Below, piece by piece: positions 43,361 to 58,274 of a stretch of DNA of 64,000 nt. Numbering within the stretch: position 1 is the stretch's first letter; each line of letters opens with the position of its first letter. Both the position numbers and the translations under genes were made by a program. Origin of the DNA: the human T2T-CHM13v2.0 reference genome, Homo sapiens; assembly GCF_009914755.1 (NCBI RefSeq), contig NC_060925.1; one strand, given 5' to 3'. The notes beneath the pieces are model-generated. The model was not told where the DNA came from. It saw only the letters and a program-made list of their open reading frames with translations, and did not search any database.

Positions 43361-46300
43361 ATGGAATCGTCATCGAATGAATTGACTGCAATCATCGAAT
43401 GGTCTCGAATGGAATCATCTTCAAATGGAATGGAATGGAATCATCGCATAGAATCGAATGGAATTATCATCGAATGGAATCGAATGGAATCAACATCAAA
43501 CGGAAAAAAACGGAATTATCGAATGGAATCGAAGAGAATCATCGAATGGACCCGAATGGAATCATCTAATGGAATGGAATGGAATAATCCATGGACTCGA
43601 ATGCAATCATCATCGAATGGAATCGAATGGAATCATCGAATGGACTCGAATGGAATAATCATTGAACGGAATCGAATGGAATCATCATCGGATGGAAATG
43701 AATGGAATCATCATCGAATGGAATCGAATAGAATTATGGAATGAAATCCAGTGTGATCATCATCGAATGGACCCGAATGGAATCATCATCCAACGGAAGC
43801 TAATGGAATCAACATCGAATGAATCGAATGGAAACACCATCGAATTGAAACGAATGGAATTATCATGAAATTGAAATGGATGGACTCATCATCGGATGGA
43901 TTCGAATGGAATCATCGAATAAAATTGATTGAAATCATCATCCAATGGAATCGAATGGTATCATTGAATGGAATCGAATGGAATCATCATCAGATGGAAA
44001 TGAATGGAATCGTCATAGAATGGAATCGAATGGATTCATTGAATGGAATCAGATGGAATCATCGAATGGACTGGAATGGAATCATTGAATGGACTCGAAA
44101 GGGATCATGATTGAATGGAATTGAATGGAATCATCGAATGGTCTCGATTGGAATCATTATCAAATGGAATCGAATGGAATCACCGAATAGAATCGAATGG
44201 AACAATCATCGAATGGACTCAAATGGAATTATCCTCAAATGGAATCGAATGGAATTATCGAATGCAATCGAATGGAATTATCGAATGCAATCGAATAGAA
44301 TCATCGAATGGACTCGAATGGAATCATCGAATGGAATGGAATGGAACAGTCAATGAACTCGAATGGAATCATCATTGAATGGAATCGAATGGAATCATCG
44401 AGTGGAATCGAATGGAATTATGATCAAATGCAATCGAATGTAATCCTCATCAAATGGAATCAAAAATAACCATCATCAATTGGTATTGAATGGAATTGTC
44501 ATCAAATGGAATTCAAAGGAATCATCATCAAATGGAACCGAATGGAATCCTCATTGAATGGAAATGAAAGGGGTCATCATCTAATGGAATCGCATGGAAT
44601 CATCATCAAATGGAATCGAATGGAATCATCATCAAATGGAATCTAATGGAATCATTGAACAGAATTGAATGGAATCGTCATCGAATGAATTGAATGCAAT
44701 CATCGAATGGTCTCGAATGGAATCATCTTCTAATGGAAAGGAATGGAATCATCGCATAGAATCGAATGGAATTATCATCGAATGGAATCGAATGGTATCA
44801 ACACCAAACGGAAAAAAACGGAATTATCGAATGGAATCGAAGAGAATCTTCGAACGGACCCGAATGGAATCATCTAATGGAATGGAATGGAATAATCCAT
44901 GGACTCGAATGCAATCATCATCGAATGGAATCGAATGGAATCATCGAATGGACTCGAATGGAATAATCATTGAACGGAATCGAATGGAATCATCATCGGA
45001 TGGAAACGAATGGAATCATCATCGAATGGAAATGAAAGGAGTCATCATCTAATGGAATTGCATGGAATCATCATAAAATGGAATCGAATGGAATCAACAT
45101 CAAATGGAATCAAATGGAATCATTGAACGGAATTGAATGGAATCGTCATCGAATGAATTGACTACAATCACCGAATGATCTCGAATGGAATCATCTTCAA
45201 ATGGAATGGAATGGAATCATCGCATAGAATCGAATGGAATTATCATCGAATGGAATCGAATGGAATCAACATCAAACGGAAAAAAACAGAATTATCGTAT
45301 GGAATCGAAGAGAATCATCGAATGGACCCGAATGGAATCATCTAATGGAATGGAATGGAATAATCCATGGACTCGAATGCAATCATCATCGAATGGAATC
45401 GAATGGAATCATCGAATGGACTCGAATGGAATAATCATTGAACGGAATCGAATGGAATCATCATCGGATGGAAATGAATGGAATCATCATCGAATGGAAT
45501 CGAATAGAATTATGGAATGAAATCCAGTGTGATCATCATCGAATGGACCCGAATGGAATCATCATCCAACGGAAGCTAATGGAATCAACATCGAATGAAT
45601 CGAATGGAAACAGCATCGAATTGAACCGAATGGAATTATCATGAAATTGAAATGGATGGACTCATCATCGAATGGATTCGAATGGAATCATCGAATAAAA
45701 TTGATTGAAATCATCATCGAATGGAATCGAATGGTATCATTGAATGGAATCGAATGGAATCATCATCAGATGGAAATGAATGGAATCGTCATAGAATGGA
45801 ATCGAATGGATTCATTGAATGGAATCAGATGGAATCATCGAATGGACTGGAATGGAATCATTGAATGGACTCGAAAGGGATCATTATTGAATGGAATTGA
45901 ATGGAATCATCGAATGGTCTCGATTGGAATCATTATCAAATGGAATCGAATGGAATCACCGAATAGAATCGAATGGAACAATCATCGAATGGACTCAAAT
46001 GGAATTATCCTCAAATGGAATGGAATGGAATTATCGAATGCAATCGAATGGAATTATCGAATGCAATCGAATAGAATCATCGAATGGACTCGAATGGAAT
46101 CATCGAATGGAATGGAATGGAACAGTCAATGAACTCGAATGGAATCATCATTGAATGGAATCGAATGGAATCATCGAGTGGAATCGAATGGAATTATGAT
46201 CAAATGGAATCGAATGTAATCATCATCAAATGGAATCAAAAATAACCATCATCAATTGGTATTGAATGGAATTGTCATCAAATGGAATTCAAAGGAATCA

Positions 46301-49300
46301 TCATCAAATGGAACCGAATGGAATCCTCATTGAATGGAAATGAAAGGGGTCATCATCTAATGGCATCGCATGGAATCATCATCAAATGGAATCGAATGGA
46401 ATCATCATCAAATGGAATCTAATGGAATCATTGAACAGAATTGAATGGAATGGTCATCGAATGAATTGAATGCAATCATCGAATGGTCTCGAATGGAATC
46501 ATCTTATAATGGAAAGGAATGGAATCATCGCATAGAATCGATTGGAATTATCATCGAATGGAATCGAATGGTATCAACACCAAACGGAAAAAAACGGAAT
46601 TATCGAATGGAATCGAAGAGAATCTTCGAACGGACCCGAATGGAATCATATAATGGAATGGAATGGAATAATCCATGGACTCGAATGCAATCATCATCGA
46701 ATGGAATCGAATGGAATCATCGAATGGACTCGAATGGAATAATCATTGAACGGAATCGAATGGAATCATCATCGGATGGAAACGAATGGAATCATCATCG
46801 AATGGAAATGAAAGGAGTCATCATCTAATGGAATTGCATGGAATCATCATAAAATGGAATCGAATGGAATCAACATCAAATGGAATCAAATGGAATCATT
46901 GAACGGAATTGAATGGAATCGTCATCGAATGAATTGACTGCAATCATCCAATGGTCTCGAATGGAATCATCTTCAAATGGAATGGAATGGAATCATCGCA
47001 TAGAATCGAATGGAATTATCATCGAATGGAATCGAATGGAATCAACATCAAACGGAAAAAAACGGAATTATCGAATGGAATCGAAGAGAATCATCGAATG
47101 GACCCGAATGGAATCATCTAATGGAATGGAATGGAATAATCCATGGACTCGAATGCAATCATCATCGAATGGAATCGAATGGAATCATCCAATGGACTCG
47201 AATGGAATAATCATTGAACGGAATCGAATGGAATCATCATCGGATGGAAATGAATGGAATCATCATCGAATGGAATCGAATAGAATTATGGAATGAAATC
47301 CAGTGTGATCATCATCGAATGGACCCGAATGGAATCATCATCCAACGGAAGCTAATGGAATCAACATCGAATGAATCAAATGGAAACACCATCGAATTGA
47401 AACGAATGGAATTATCATGAAATTGAAATGGATGGACTCATCATCGAATGGATTCGAATGGAATCATCGAATAAAATTGATTGAAATCATCATCGAATGG
47501 AATCGAATGGTATCATTGAATGGAATCGAATGGAATCATCATCAGATGGAAATGAATGGAATCGTCATAGAATGGAATCGAATGGATTCATTGAATGGAA
47601 TCAGATGGAATCATCGAATGGACTGGAATGGAATCATTGAATGGACTCGAAAGGGATCATTATTGAATGGAATTGAATGGAATCATCGAATGGTCTCGAT
47701 TGGAATCATTATCAAATGGAATCGAATGGAATCACCGAATAGAATCGAATGGAACAATCATCGAATGGACTCAAATGGAATTATCCTCCAATGGAATGGA
47801 ATGGAATTATCGAATGCAATCGAAGGGAATTATCGAATGCAATCGAATAGAATCATCGAATGGACTCGAATGGAATCATCGAACGGAATGGAATGGAACA
47901 GTCAATGAACTCGAATGGAATCATCATTGAATGGAATCGAATGGAATCATCGAGTGGAATCGAATGGAATTATGATCAAATGGAATCGAATGTAATCATC
48001 ATCAAATGGAATCAAAAATAACCATCATCAATTGGTATTGAATGGAATTGTCATCAAATGGAATTCAAAGGAATCATCATCAAATGGAACCGAATGGAAT
48101 CCTCATTGAATGGAAATGAAAGGGGTCATCATCTAATGGAATCGCATGGAATCATCATCAAATGGAATCGAATGGAATCACCATCAAATGGAATCTAATG
48201 GAATCATTGAACAGAATTGAATGGAATCGTCATCGAATGAATTGAATGCAATCATCGAATGGTCTCGAATGGATTCATCTTCTAATGAAAAGGAATGGAA
48301 TCATCGCATAGAATCGAATGGAATTATCATCGAATGGAATCGAATGGTATCAACACCAAACGGAAAAAAACGGAATTATCGAATGGAATCGAAGAGAATC
48401 TTCGAACGGACCCGAATGGAATCATCTAATGGAATGGAATGGAATAATCCATGGACTCGAATGCAATCATCATCGAATGGAATCGAATGGAATCATCGAA
48501 TGGACTCGAATGGAATAATCATTGAACGGAATCGATTGGAATCATCATCGGATGGAAACGAATGGAATCATCATCGAATGGAAATGAAAGGAGTCATCAT
48601 CTAATGGAATTGCATGGAATCATCATAAAATGGAATCGAATGGAATCAACATCAAATGGAATCAAATGGAATCATTGAACGGAATTGAATGGAATCGTCA
48701 TCGAATGAATTGACTGCAATCATCCAATGGTCTCGAATGGAATCATCTTCAAATGGAATGGAATGGAATCATCGCATAGAATCGAATGGAATTATCATCG
48801 AATGGAATCGAATGGAATCAACATCCAACGGAAAAAAACGGAATTATCGAATGGAATTGAAGAGAATCATCGAATGGACCCGAATGGAATCATGTAATGG
48901 AATGGAATGGAATAATCCATGGACTCGAATGCAATCATCATCGAATGGAATCGAATGGAATCATCGAATGGACTCGAATGGAATAATCATTGAACGGAAT
49001 CGAATGGAATCATCATCGGATGGAAATGAATGGAATCATCATCGAATGGAATCGAATAGAATTATGGAATGAAATCCAGTGTGATCATCATCGAATGGAC
49101 CCGAATGGAATCATCATCCAACGGAAGCTAATGGAATCAACATCGAATGAATCAAATGGAAACACCATCGAATTGAAACGAATGGAATTATCATGAAATT
49201 GAAATGGATGGACTCATCGTCGAATGGATTCGAATGGAATCATCGAATAAAATTGATTGAAATCATCATCGAATGGAATCGAATGGTATCATTGAATGGA

Positions 49301-52300
49301 ATCGAATGGAATCATCATCAGATGGAAATGAATGGAATCGTCATAGAATGGAATCGAATGGATTTATTGAATGGAATCAGATGGAATCATCGAATGGACT
49401 GGAATGGAATCATTGAATGGACTCGAAAGGGATCATGATTGAATGGAATTGAATGGAATCATCGAATGGTCTCGATTGGAATCATTATCAAATGGAATCG
49501 AATGGAATCACCGAATAGAATCGAATGGAACAATCATCGAATGGACTCAAATGGAATTATCCTCAAATGGAATCGAATGGAATTATCAAATGCAATCGAA
49601 TGGAATTATCGAATGCAATCGAATAGAATCATCGAATGGACTCGAATGGAATCATCGAATGGAATGGAATGGAACAGTCAATGAACTCGAATGGAATCAT
49701 CATTGAATGGAATCGAATGGAATCATCGAGTGGAATCGAATGGAATTATGATCAAATGGAATCGAATGTAATCATCATCAAATGGAATCAAAAATAACCA
49801 TCATCAATTGGTATTGAATGGAATTGTCATCAAATGGAATTCAAAGGAATCATCATCAAATGGAACCGAATGGAATCCTCATTGAATGGAAATGAAAGGG
49901 GTCATCATCTAATGGAATCGCATGGAATCATCATAAAATGGAATCGAATGAAATCAACATCAAATGGAATCAAATGGAATCATTGAACGGAATTGAATGG
50001 AATCGTCATCGAATGAATTGGATGCAATCATCGAATGGTCTCGAATGGAATCTTCTTCAAATGGAATGGAATGGAATCATCGCATAGAATCGAATGGAAT
50101 TATCATCGAATTTAATGGAATGGAATCAACATCAAACGGAAAAAAACGGAATTATCGAATGGAATCGAAGAGAATCATCGAATGGACCCGAATGGAATCA
50201 TCTAATGGAATGGAATGGAATAATCCATGGACTCGAATGCAATCATCATCGAATGGAATCGAATGGAATCATCGAATGGAGTCGAATGGAATAATCATTG
50301 AACGGAATCGATTGGAATCATCATCGGATGGAAACGAATGGAATCATCATCGAATGGAAATGAAAGGAGTCATCATCTAATGGAATTGCATGGAATCATC
50401 ATAAAATGGAATCGAATGGAATCAACATCAAATGGAATCAAATGGAATCATTGAACGGAATTGAATGGAATCGTCATCGAATGAATTGACTGCAATCATC
50501 CAATGGTCTCGAATGGAATCATCTTCAAATGGAATGGAATGGAATCATCGCATAGAATCGAATGGAATTATCATCGAATGGAATCGAATGGAATCAACAT
50601 CCAACGGAAAAAAACGGAATTATCGAATGGAATCGAAGAGAATCATCGAATGGACCCGAATGGAATCATCTAATGGAATGGAATGGAATAATCCATGGAC
50701 TCGAATGCAATCATCATCGAATGGAATCGAATGGAATCATCGAATGGACTCGAATGGAATAATCATTGAACGGAATCGAATGGAATCATCATCGGATGGA
50801 AATGAATGGAATCATCATCGAATGGAATCGAATACAATTATGGAATGAAATCCAGTGTGATCATCATCGAATGGACCCGAATGGAATCATCATCCAACGG
50901 AAGCTAATGGAATCAACATCGAATGAATCAAATGGAAACACCATCGAATTGAAACGAATGGAATTATCATGAAATTGAAATGGATGGACTCATCATCGAA
51001 TGGATTCGAAAGGAATCATCGAATAAAATTGATTGAAATCATCATCGAATGGAATCGAATGGTATCATTGAATGGAATCGAATGGAATCATCATCAGATG
51101 GAAATGAATGGAATCGTCATAGAATGGAATCGAATGGATTCATTGAATGGAATCAGATGGAATCATCGAATGGACTGGAATGGAATCATTGAATGGACTC
51201 GAAAGGGATCATGATTGAATGGAATTGAATGGAATCATCGAATGGTCTCGATTGGAATCATTATCAAATGGAATCGAATGGAATCACCGAATAGAATCGA
51301 ATGGAACAATCATCGAATGGACTCAAATGGAATTATCCTCAAATGGAATCGAATGGAATTATCGAATGCAATCGATTGGAATTATCGAATGCAATCGAAT
51401 AGAATGATCGAATGGACTCGAATGGAATCATTGAATGGAATGGAATGGAACAGTCAATGAACTCGAATGGAATCATCATTGAATGGAATCGAATGGAATC
51501 ATCGAGTGGAATCGAATGGAATTATGATCAAATGGAATCGAATGTAATCATCATCAAATGGAATCAAAAATAACCATCATCAATTGGTATTGAATGGAAT
51601 TGTCATCAAATGGAATTCAAAGGAATCAATATCAAATGGAACCGAATGGAATCCTCATTGAATGGAAATGAAAGGGGTCATCATCTAATGGAATCGCATG
51701 GAATCATCATCAAATGGAATCGAATGGAATCATCATCAAATGGAATCTAATGGAATCATTGAACAGAATTGAATGGAATCGTCATCGAATGAATTGAATG
51801 CAATCATCGAATGGTCTCGAATGGAATCATCTTCTAATGGAAAGGAATGGAATCATCGCATAGAATCGAATGGAATTATCATCGAATGGAATCGAATGGT
51901 ATCAACACCAAACGGAAAAAAACGGAATTATCGAATGGAATCGAAGAGAATCTTCGAACGGACCCGAATGGAATCATCTAATGGAATGGAATGGAATAAT
52001 CCATGGACTCGAATGCAATCATCAACGAATGGAATCGAAGGGAATCATCGAATGGACTCGAATGGAATAATCATTGAACGGAATCGAATGGAATCATCAT
52101 CGGATGGAAACGAATGGAATCATCATCGAATGGAAATGAAAGGAGTCATCATCTAATGGAATTGCATGGAATCATCATAAAATGGAATCGAATGGAATCA
52201 ACATCAAATGGAATCAAATGGAATCATTGAACGGAATTGAATGGAATCGTCATCGAATGAATTGACTGCAATCATCGAATGGTCTCGAATGGAATCATCT

Positions 52301-53548
52301 TCAAATGGAATGGAATGGAATCATCGCATAGAATCGAATGGAATTATCATCGAATGGAATCGAATGGAATCAACATCAAACGGAAAAAAACGGAATTATC
52401 GAATGGAATCGAAGAGAATCATCGAATGGACCCGAATGGAATCATCTAATGGAATGGAATGGAATAATCCATGGACTCGAATGCAATCATCATCGAATGG
52501 AATCGAATGGAATCATCGAATGGACTCGAATGGAATAATCATTGAACGGAATCGAATGGAATCATCATCGGATGGAAATGAATGGAATCATCATCGAATG
52601 GAATCGAATAGAATTATGGAATGAAATCCAGTGTGATCATCATCGAATGGACCCGAATGGAATCATCATCCAACGGAAGCTAATGGAATCAACATCGAAT
52701 GAATCGAATGGAAACACCATCGAATTGAAACGAATGGAATTATCATGAAATTGAAATGGATGGACTCATCATCGAATGGATTCGAATGGAATCATCGAAT
52801 AAAATTGATTGAAATCATCATCGAATGGAATCGAATGGTATCATTGAATGGAATCGAATGGAATCATCATCAGATGGAAATGAATGGAATCGTCATAGAA
52901 TGGAATCGAATGGATTCATTGAATGGAATCAGATGGAATCATCGAATGGACTGGAATGGAATCATTGAATGGACTCGAAAGGGATCATGATTGAATGGAA
53001 TTGAATGGAATCATCGAATGGTCTCGATTGGAATCATTATCAAATGGAATCGAATGGAATCACCGAATAGAATCGAATGGAACAATCATCGAATGGACTC
53101 AAATGGAATTATCCTCAAATGGAATCGAATGGAATTATCGAATGCAATCGAATGGAATTATCGAATGCAATCGAATAGAATCATCGAATGGACTCGAATG
53201 GAATCATCGAATGGAATGGAATGGAACAGTCAATGAACACGAATGGAATCATCATTGAATGGAATCGAATGGAATCATCGAGTGGAATCGAATGGAATTA
53301 TGATCAAATGGAATCGAATGTAATCATCATCAAATGGAATCAAAAATAACCATCATCAATTGCTATTGAATGGAATTGTCATCAAATGGAATTCAAAGGA
53401 ATCATCATCAAATGGAACCGAATGGAATCCTCATTGAATGGAAATGAAAGGGGTCATCATCTAATGGAATCGCATGGAATCATCATCAAATGGAATCGAA
53501 TGGAATCATCATCAAATGGAATCTAATGGAATCATTGAACAGAATTGA

Positions 53549-54218
53549 ATGGAATCGTCATCGAATGAATTGAATGCAATCATCGAATGGTCTCGAATGG
53601 AATCATCTTCTAATGGAAAGGAATGGAATCATCGCATAGAATCGAATGGAATTATCATCGAATGGAATCGAATGGTATCAACACCAAACGGAAAAAAACG
53701 GAATTATCGAATGGAATCGAAGAGAATCTTCGAACGGACCCGAATGGAATCATCTAATGGAATGGAATGGAATAATCCATGGACTCGAATGCAATCATCA
53801 TCGAATGGAATCGAATGGAATCATCGAATGGACTCGAATGGAATAATCATTGAACGGAATCGAATGGAATCATCATCGGATGGAAACGAATGGAATCATC
53901 GAATGAACTCGAATGGAATCATCATTGAATGGAATCGAATGGAATCATCGAGTGGAATCGAATGGAATTATGATCAAATGGAATCGAATCTAATCATCAT
54001 CAAATGGAATCAAAAATAACCATCATCAATTGGTATTGAATGGAATTGTCATCAAATGGAATTCAAAGGAATCATCATCAAATGGAACCGAATGGAATCC
54101 TCATTGAATGGAAATGAAAGGGGTCATCATCTAATGGAATCGCATGGAATCATCATCAAATGGAATCGAATGGAATCATCATCAAATGGAATCTAATGGA
54201 ATCATTGAACAGAATTGA
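53549..54218 (+). repeat. 670-bp chimeric truncated segment
   Basis: Junction GGAAACGAATGGAATCATCG|AATGAACTCG at ~53902. Interval 52745-55191 = 1776+670. Confidence 0.87.
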
Positions 54219-56966
54219 ATGGAATCGTCATCGAATGAATTGAATGCAATCATCGAATGGTCTCGAATGGAATCATCTTCTAATGGAAAGGAATGGAATC
54301 ATCGCATAGAATCGAATGGAATTATCATCGAATGGAATCGAATGGTATCAACACCAAACGGAAAAAAACGGAATTATCGAATGGAATCGAAGAGAATCTT
54401 CGAACGGACCCGAATGGAATCATCTAATGGAATGGAATGGAATAATCCATGGACTCGAATGCAATCATCATCGAATGGAATCGAATGGAATCATCGAATG
54501 GACTCGAATGGAATAATCATTGAACGGAATCGAATGGAATCATCATCGGATGGAAACGAATGGAATCATCATCGAATGGAAATGAAAGGAGTCATCATCT
54601 AATGGAATTGCATGGAATCATCATAAAATGGAATCGAATGGAATCAACATCAAATGGAATCAAATGGAATCATTGAATGGAATTGAATGGAATCGTCATC
54701 GAATGAATTGACTGCAATCATCGAATGGTCTCGAATGGAATCATCTTCAAATGGAATGGAATGGAATCATCGCATAGAATCGAATGGAATTATCATCGAA
54801 TGGAATCGAATGGAATCAACATCAAACGGAAAAAAACAGAATTATCGTATGGAATCGAAGAGAATCATCGAGTGGACCCGAATGGAATCATCTAATGGAA
54901 TGGAATGGAATAATCCATGGACTCGAATGCAATCATCATCGAATGGAATCGAATGGAATCATCCAATGGACTCGAATGGAATAATCATTGAACGGAATCG
55001 AATGGAATCATCATCGGATGGAAATGAATGGAATCATCATCGAATGGAATCGAATAGAATTATGGAATGAAATCCAGTGTGATCATCATCGAATGGACCC
55101 GAATTGAATCATCATCCAACGGAAGCTAATGGAATCAACATCGAATGAATCGAATGGAAACACCATCGAATTGAAACGAATGGAATTATCATGAAATTGA
55201 AATGGATGGACTCATCATCGAATGGATTCGAATGGAATCATCGAATAAAATTGATTGAAATCATCATCCAATGGAATCGAATGGTATCATTGAATGGAAT
55301 CGAATGGAATCATCATCAGATGGAAATGAATGGAATCGTCATAGAATGGAATCGAATGGATTCATTGAATGGAATCAGATGGAATCATCGAATGGAATGG
55401 AATGGAATCATTGAATGGACTCGAAAGGGATCATGATTGAATGGAATTGAATGGAATCATCGAATGGTCTCGATTGGAATCATTATCAAATGGAATCGAA
55501 TGGAATCATCGAATAGAATCGAATGGAACAATCATCGAATGGACTCAAATGGAATTATCCTCAAATGGAATCGAATGGAATTATCGAATGCAATCGAATG
55601 GAATTATCGAATGCAATCGAATAGAATCATCGAATGGACTCGAATGGAATCATCGAATGGAATGGAATGGAACAGTCAATGAACACGAATGGAATCATCA
55701 TTGAATGGAATCTAATGGAATCATCGAGTGGAATCGAATGGAATTATGATCAAATGGAATCGAATGTAATCATCATCAAATGGAATCAAAAATAACGATC
55801 ATCAATTGCTATTGAATGGAATTGTCATCAAATGGAATTCAAAGGAATCATCATCAAATGGAACCGAATGGAATCCTCATTGAATGGAAATGAAAGGGGT
55901 CATCATCTAATGGAATCGCATGGAATCATCATCAAATGGAATCGAATGGAATCATCATCAAATGGAATCTAATGGAATCATTGAACAGAATTGAATGGAA
56001 TCGTCATCGAATGAATTGAATGCAATCATCGAATGGTCTCGAATGGAATCATCTTCTAATGGAAAGGAATGGAATCATCGCATAGAATTGAATGGAATTA
56101 TCATCGAATGGAATCGAATGGTATCAACACCAAACGGAAAAAAACGGAATTATCGAATGGAATCGAAGAGAATCTTCGAACGGACCCGAATGGAATCATC
56201 TAATGGAATGGAATGGAATAATCCATGGACTCGAATGCAATCATCATCGAATGGAATCGAATGGAATCATCGAATGGACTCGAATGGAATAATCATTGAA
56301 CGGAATCGAATGGAATCATTATCAGATGGAAACGAATGGAATCATCATCGAATGGAAATGAAAGGAGTCATCATCTAATGGAATTGCATGGAATCATCAT
56401 AAAATGGAATCGAATGGAATCAACATCAAATGGAATCAAATGGAATCATTGAACGGAATTGAATGGAATCGTCATCGAATGAATTGACTGCAATCATCGA
56501 ATGGTCTCGAATGGAATCATCTTCAAATGGAATGGAATGGAATCATCGCATAGAATCGAATGGAATTATCATCGAATGGAATCGAATGGAATCAACATCA
56601 AACGGAAAAAAACGGAATTATCGTATGGAATCGAAGAGAATCATCGAATGGACCCGAATGGAATCATGTAATGGAATGGAATGGAATAATCCATGGACTC
56701 GAATGCAATCATCATCGAATGGATTCGAATGGAATCATCGAATGGACTCGAATGGAATAATCATTGAACGGAATAGAATGGAATCATCATCGGATGGAAA
56801 TGAATGGAATCATCATCGAATGGAATCGAATAGAATTATGGAATGAAATCCAGTGTGATCATCATCGAATGGACCCGAATGGAATCATCATCCAACGGAA
56901 GCTAATGGAATCAACATCGAATGAATCGAATGGAAACACCATCGAATTGAAACGAATGGAATTATC

Positions 56967-58274
56967 ATGAAATTGAAATGGATGGACTCATCATCGAATG
57001 GATTCGAATGGAATCATCGAATAAAATTGATTGAAATCATCATCGAATGGAATCGAATGGTATCATTGAATGGAATCGAATGGAATCATCATCAGATGGA
57101 AATGAATGGAATCGTCATAGAATGGAATCGAATGGATTCATTGAATGGAATCAGATGGAATCATCGAATGGACTGGAATGGAATCATTGAATGGACTCGA
57201 AAGGGATCATGATTGAATGGAATTGAATGGAATCATCGAATGGTCTCGATTGGAATCATTATCAAATGGAATCGAATGGAATCACCGAATAGAATCGAAT
57301 GGAACAATCATCGAATGGACTCAAATGGAATTATCCTCAAATGGAATCGAATGGAATTATCGAATGCAATCGAATGGAATTATCGAATGCAATCGAATAG
57401 AATCATCGAATGGACTCGAATGGAATCATCGAATGGAATGGAATGGAACAGTCAATGAACTCGAATGGAATCATCATTGAATGGAATCGAATGGAATCAT
57501 CGAGTGGAACCGAATGGAATTATGATCAAATGGAATCGAATGTAATCATCATCAAATGGAATCAAAAATAACCATCATCAATTGCTATTGAATGGAATTC
57601 TCATCAAATGGAATTCAAAGGAATCATCATCAAATGGAACCGAATGGAATCCTCATTGAATGGAAATGAAAGGGGTCATCATCTAATGGAATCGCAAGGA
57701 ATCATCATAAAATGGAATCGAATGGAATCAACATCAAATGGAATCAAATGGAATCATTGAACGGAATTGAATGGAATCGTCATCGAATGAATTGACTACA
57801 ATCACCGAATGGTCTCGAATGGAATCATCTTCAAATGGAATGGAATGGAATCATCGCATAGAATCGAATGGAATTATCATCGAATGGAATCGAATGGTAT
57901 CAACATCAAACGGAAAAAAACGGAATTATCGAATCGAATCGAAGAGAATCTTCGAACGGACCCGAATGGAATCATCTAATGGAATGGAATGGAATAATCC
58001 ATAGACTCGAATGCAATCATCATCGAATGGAATCGAATGGAATCATCGAATGGACTTGAATGGAATAATCATTGAACGGAATCGAATGGAATCATCATCG
58101 GATGGAAACGAATGGAATCATCATCGAATGGAATCGAATAGAATTATGGAATGAAATCCAGTGTCATCATCATCGAATGGACCCGAATGGAATCATCATC
58201 CAATGGAAGTTAATGGAATCAACATCGAATGAATCGAATGGAAACACCATCGAATTGAAACGAATGGAATTACC
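56967..58274 (+). repeat. 1,308-bp short monomer with mosaic A/B 468-bp subunit
   Basis: The landmark at 56967 and the variant landmark AAGAAAATGAAATGGATGG at 58275 are 1,308 bp apart. There is only one GGAAAAAAACGG motif in the interval. Confidence 0.88.
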
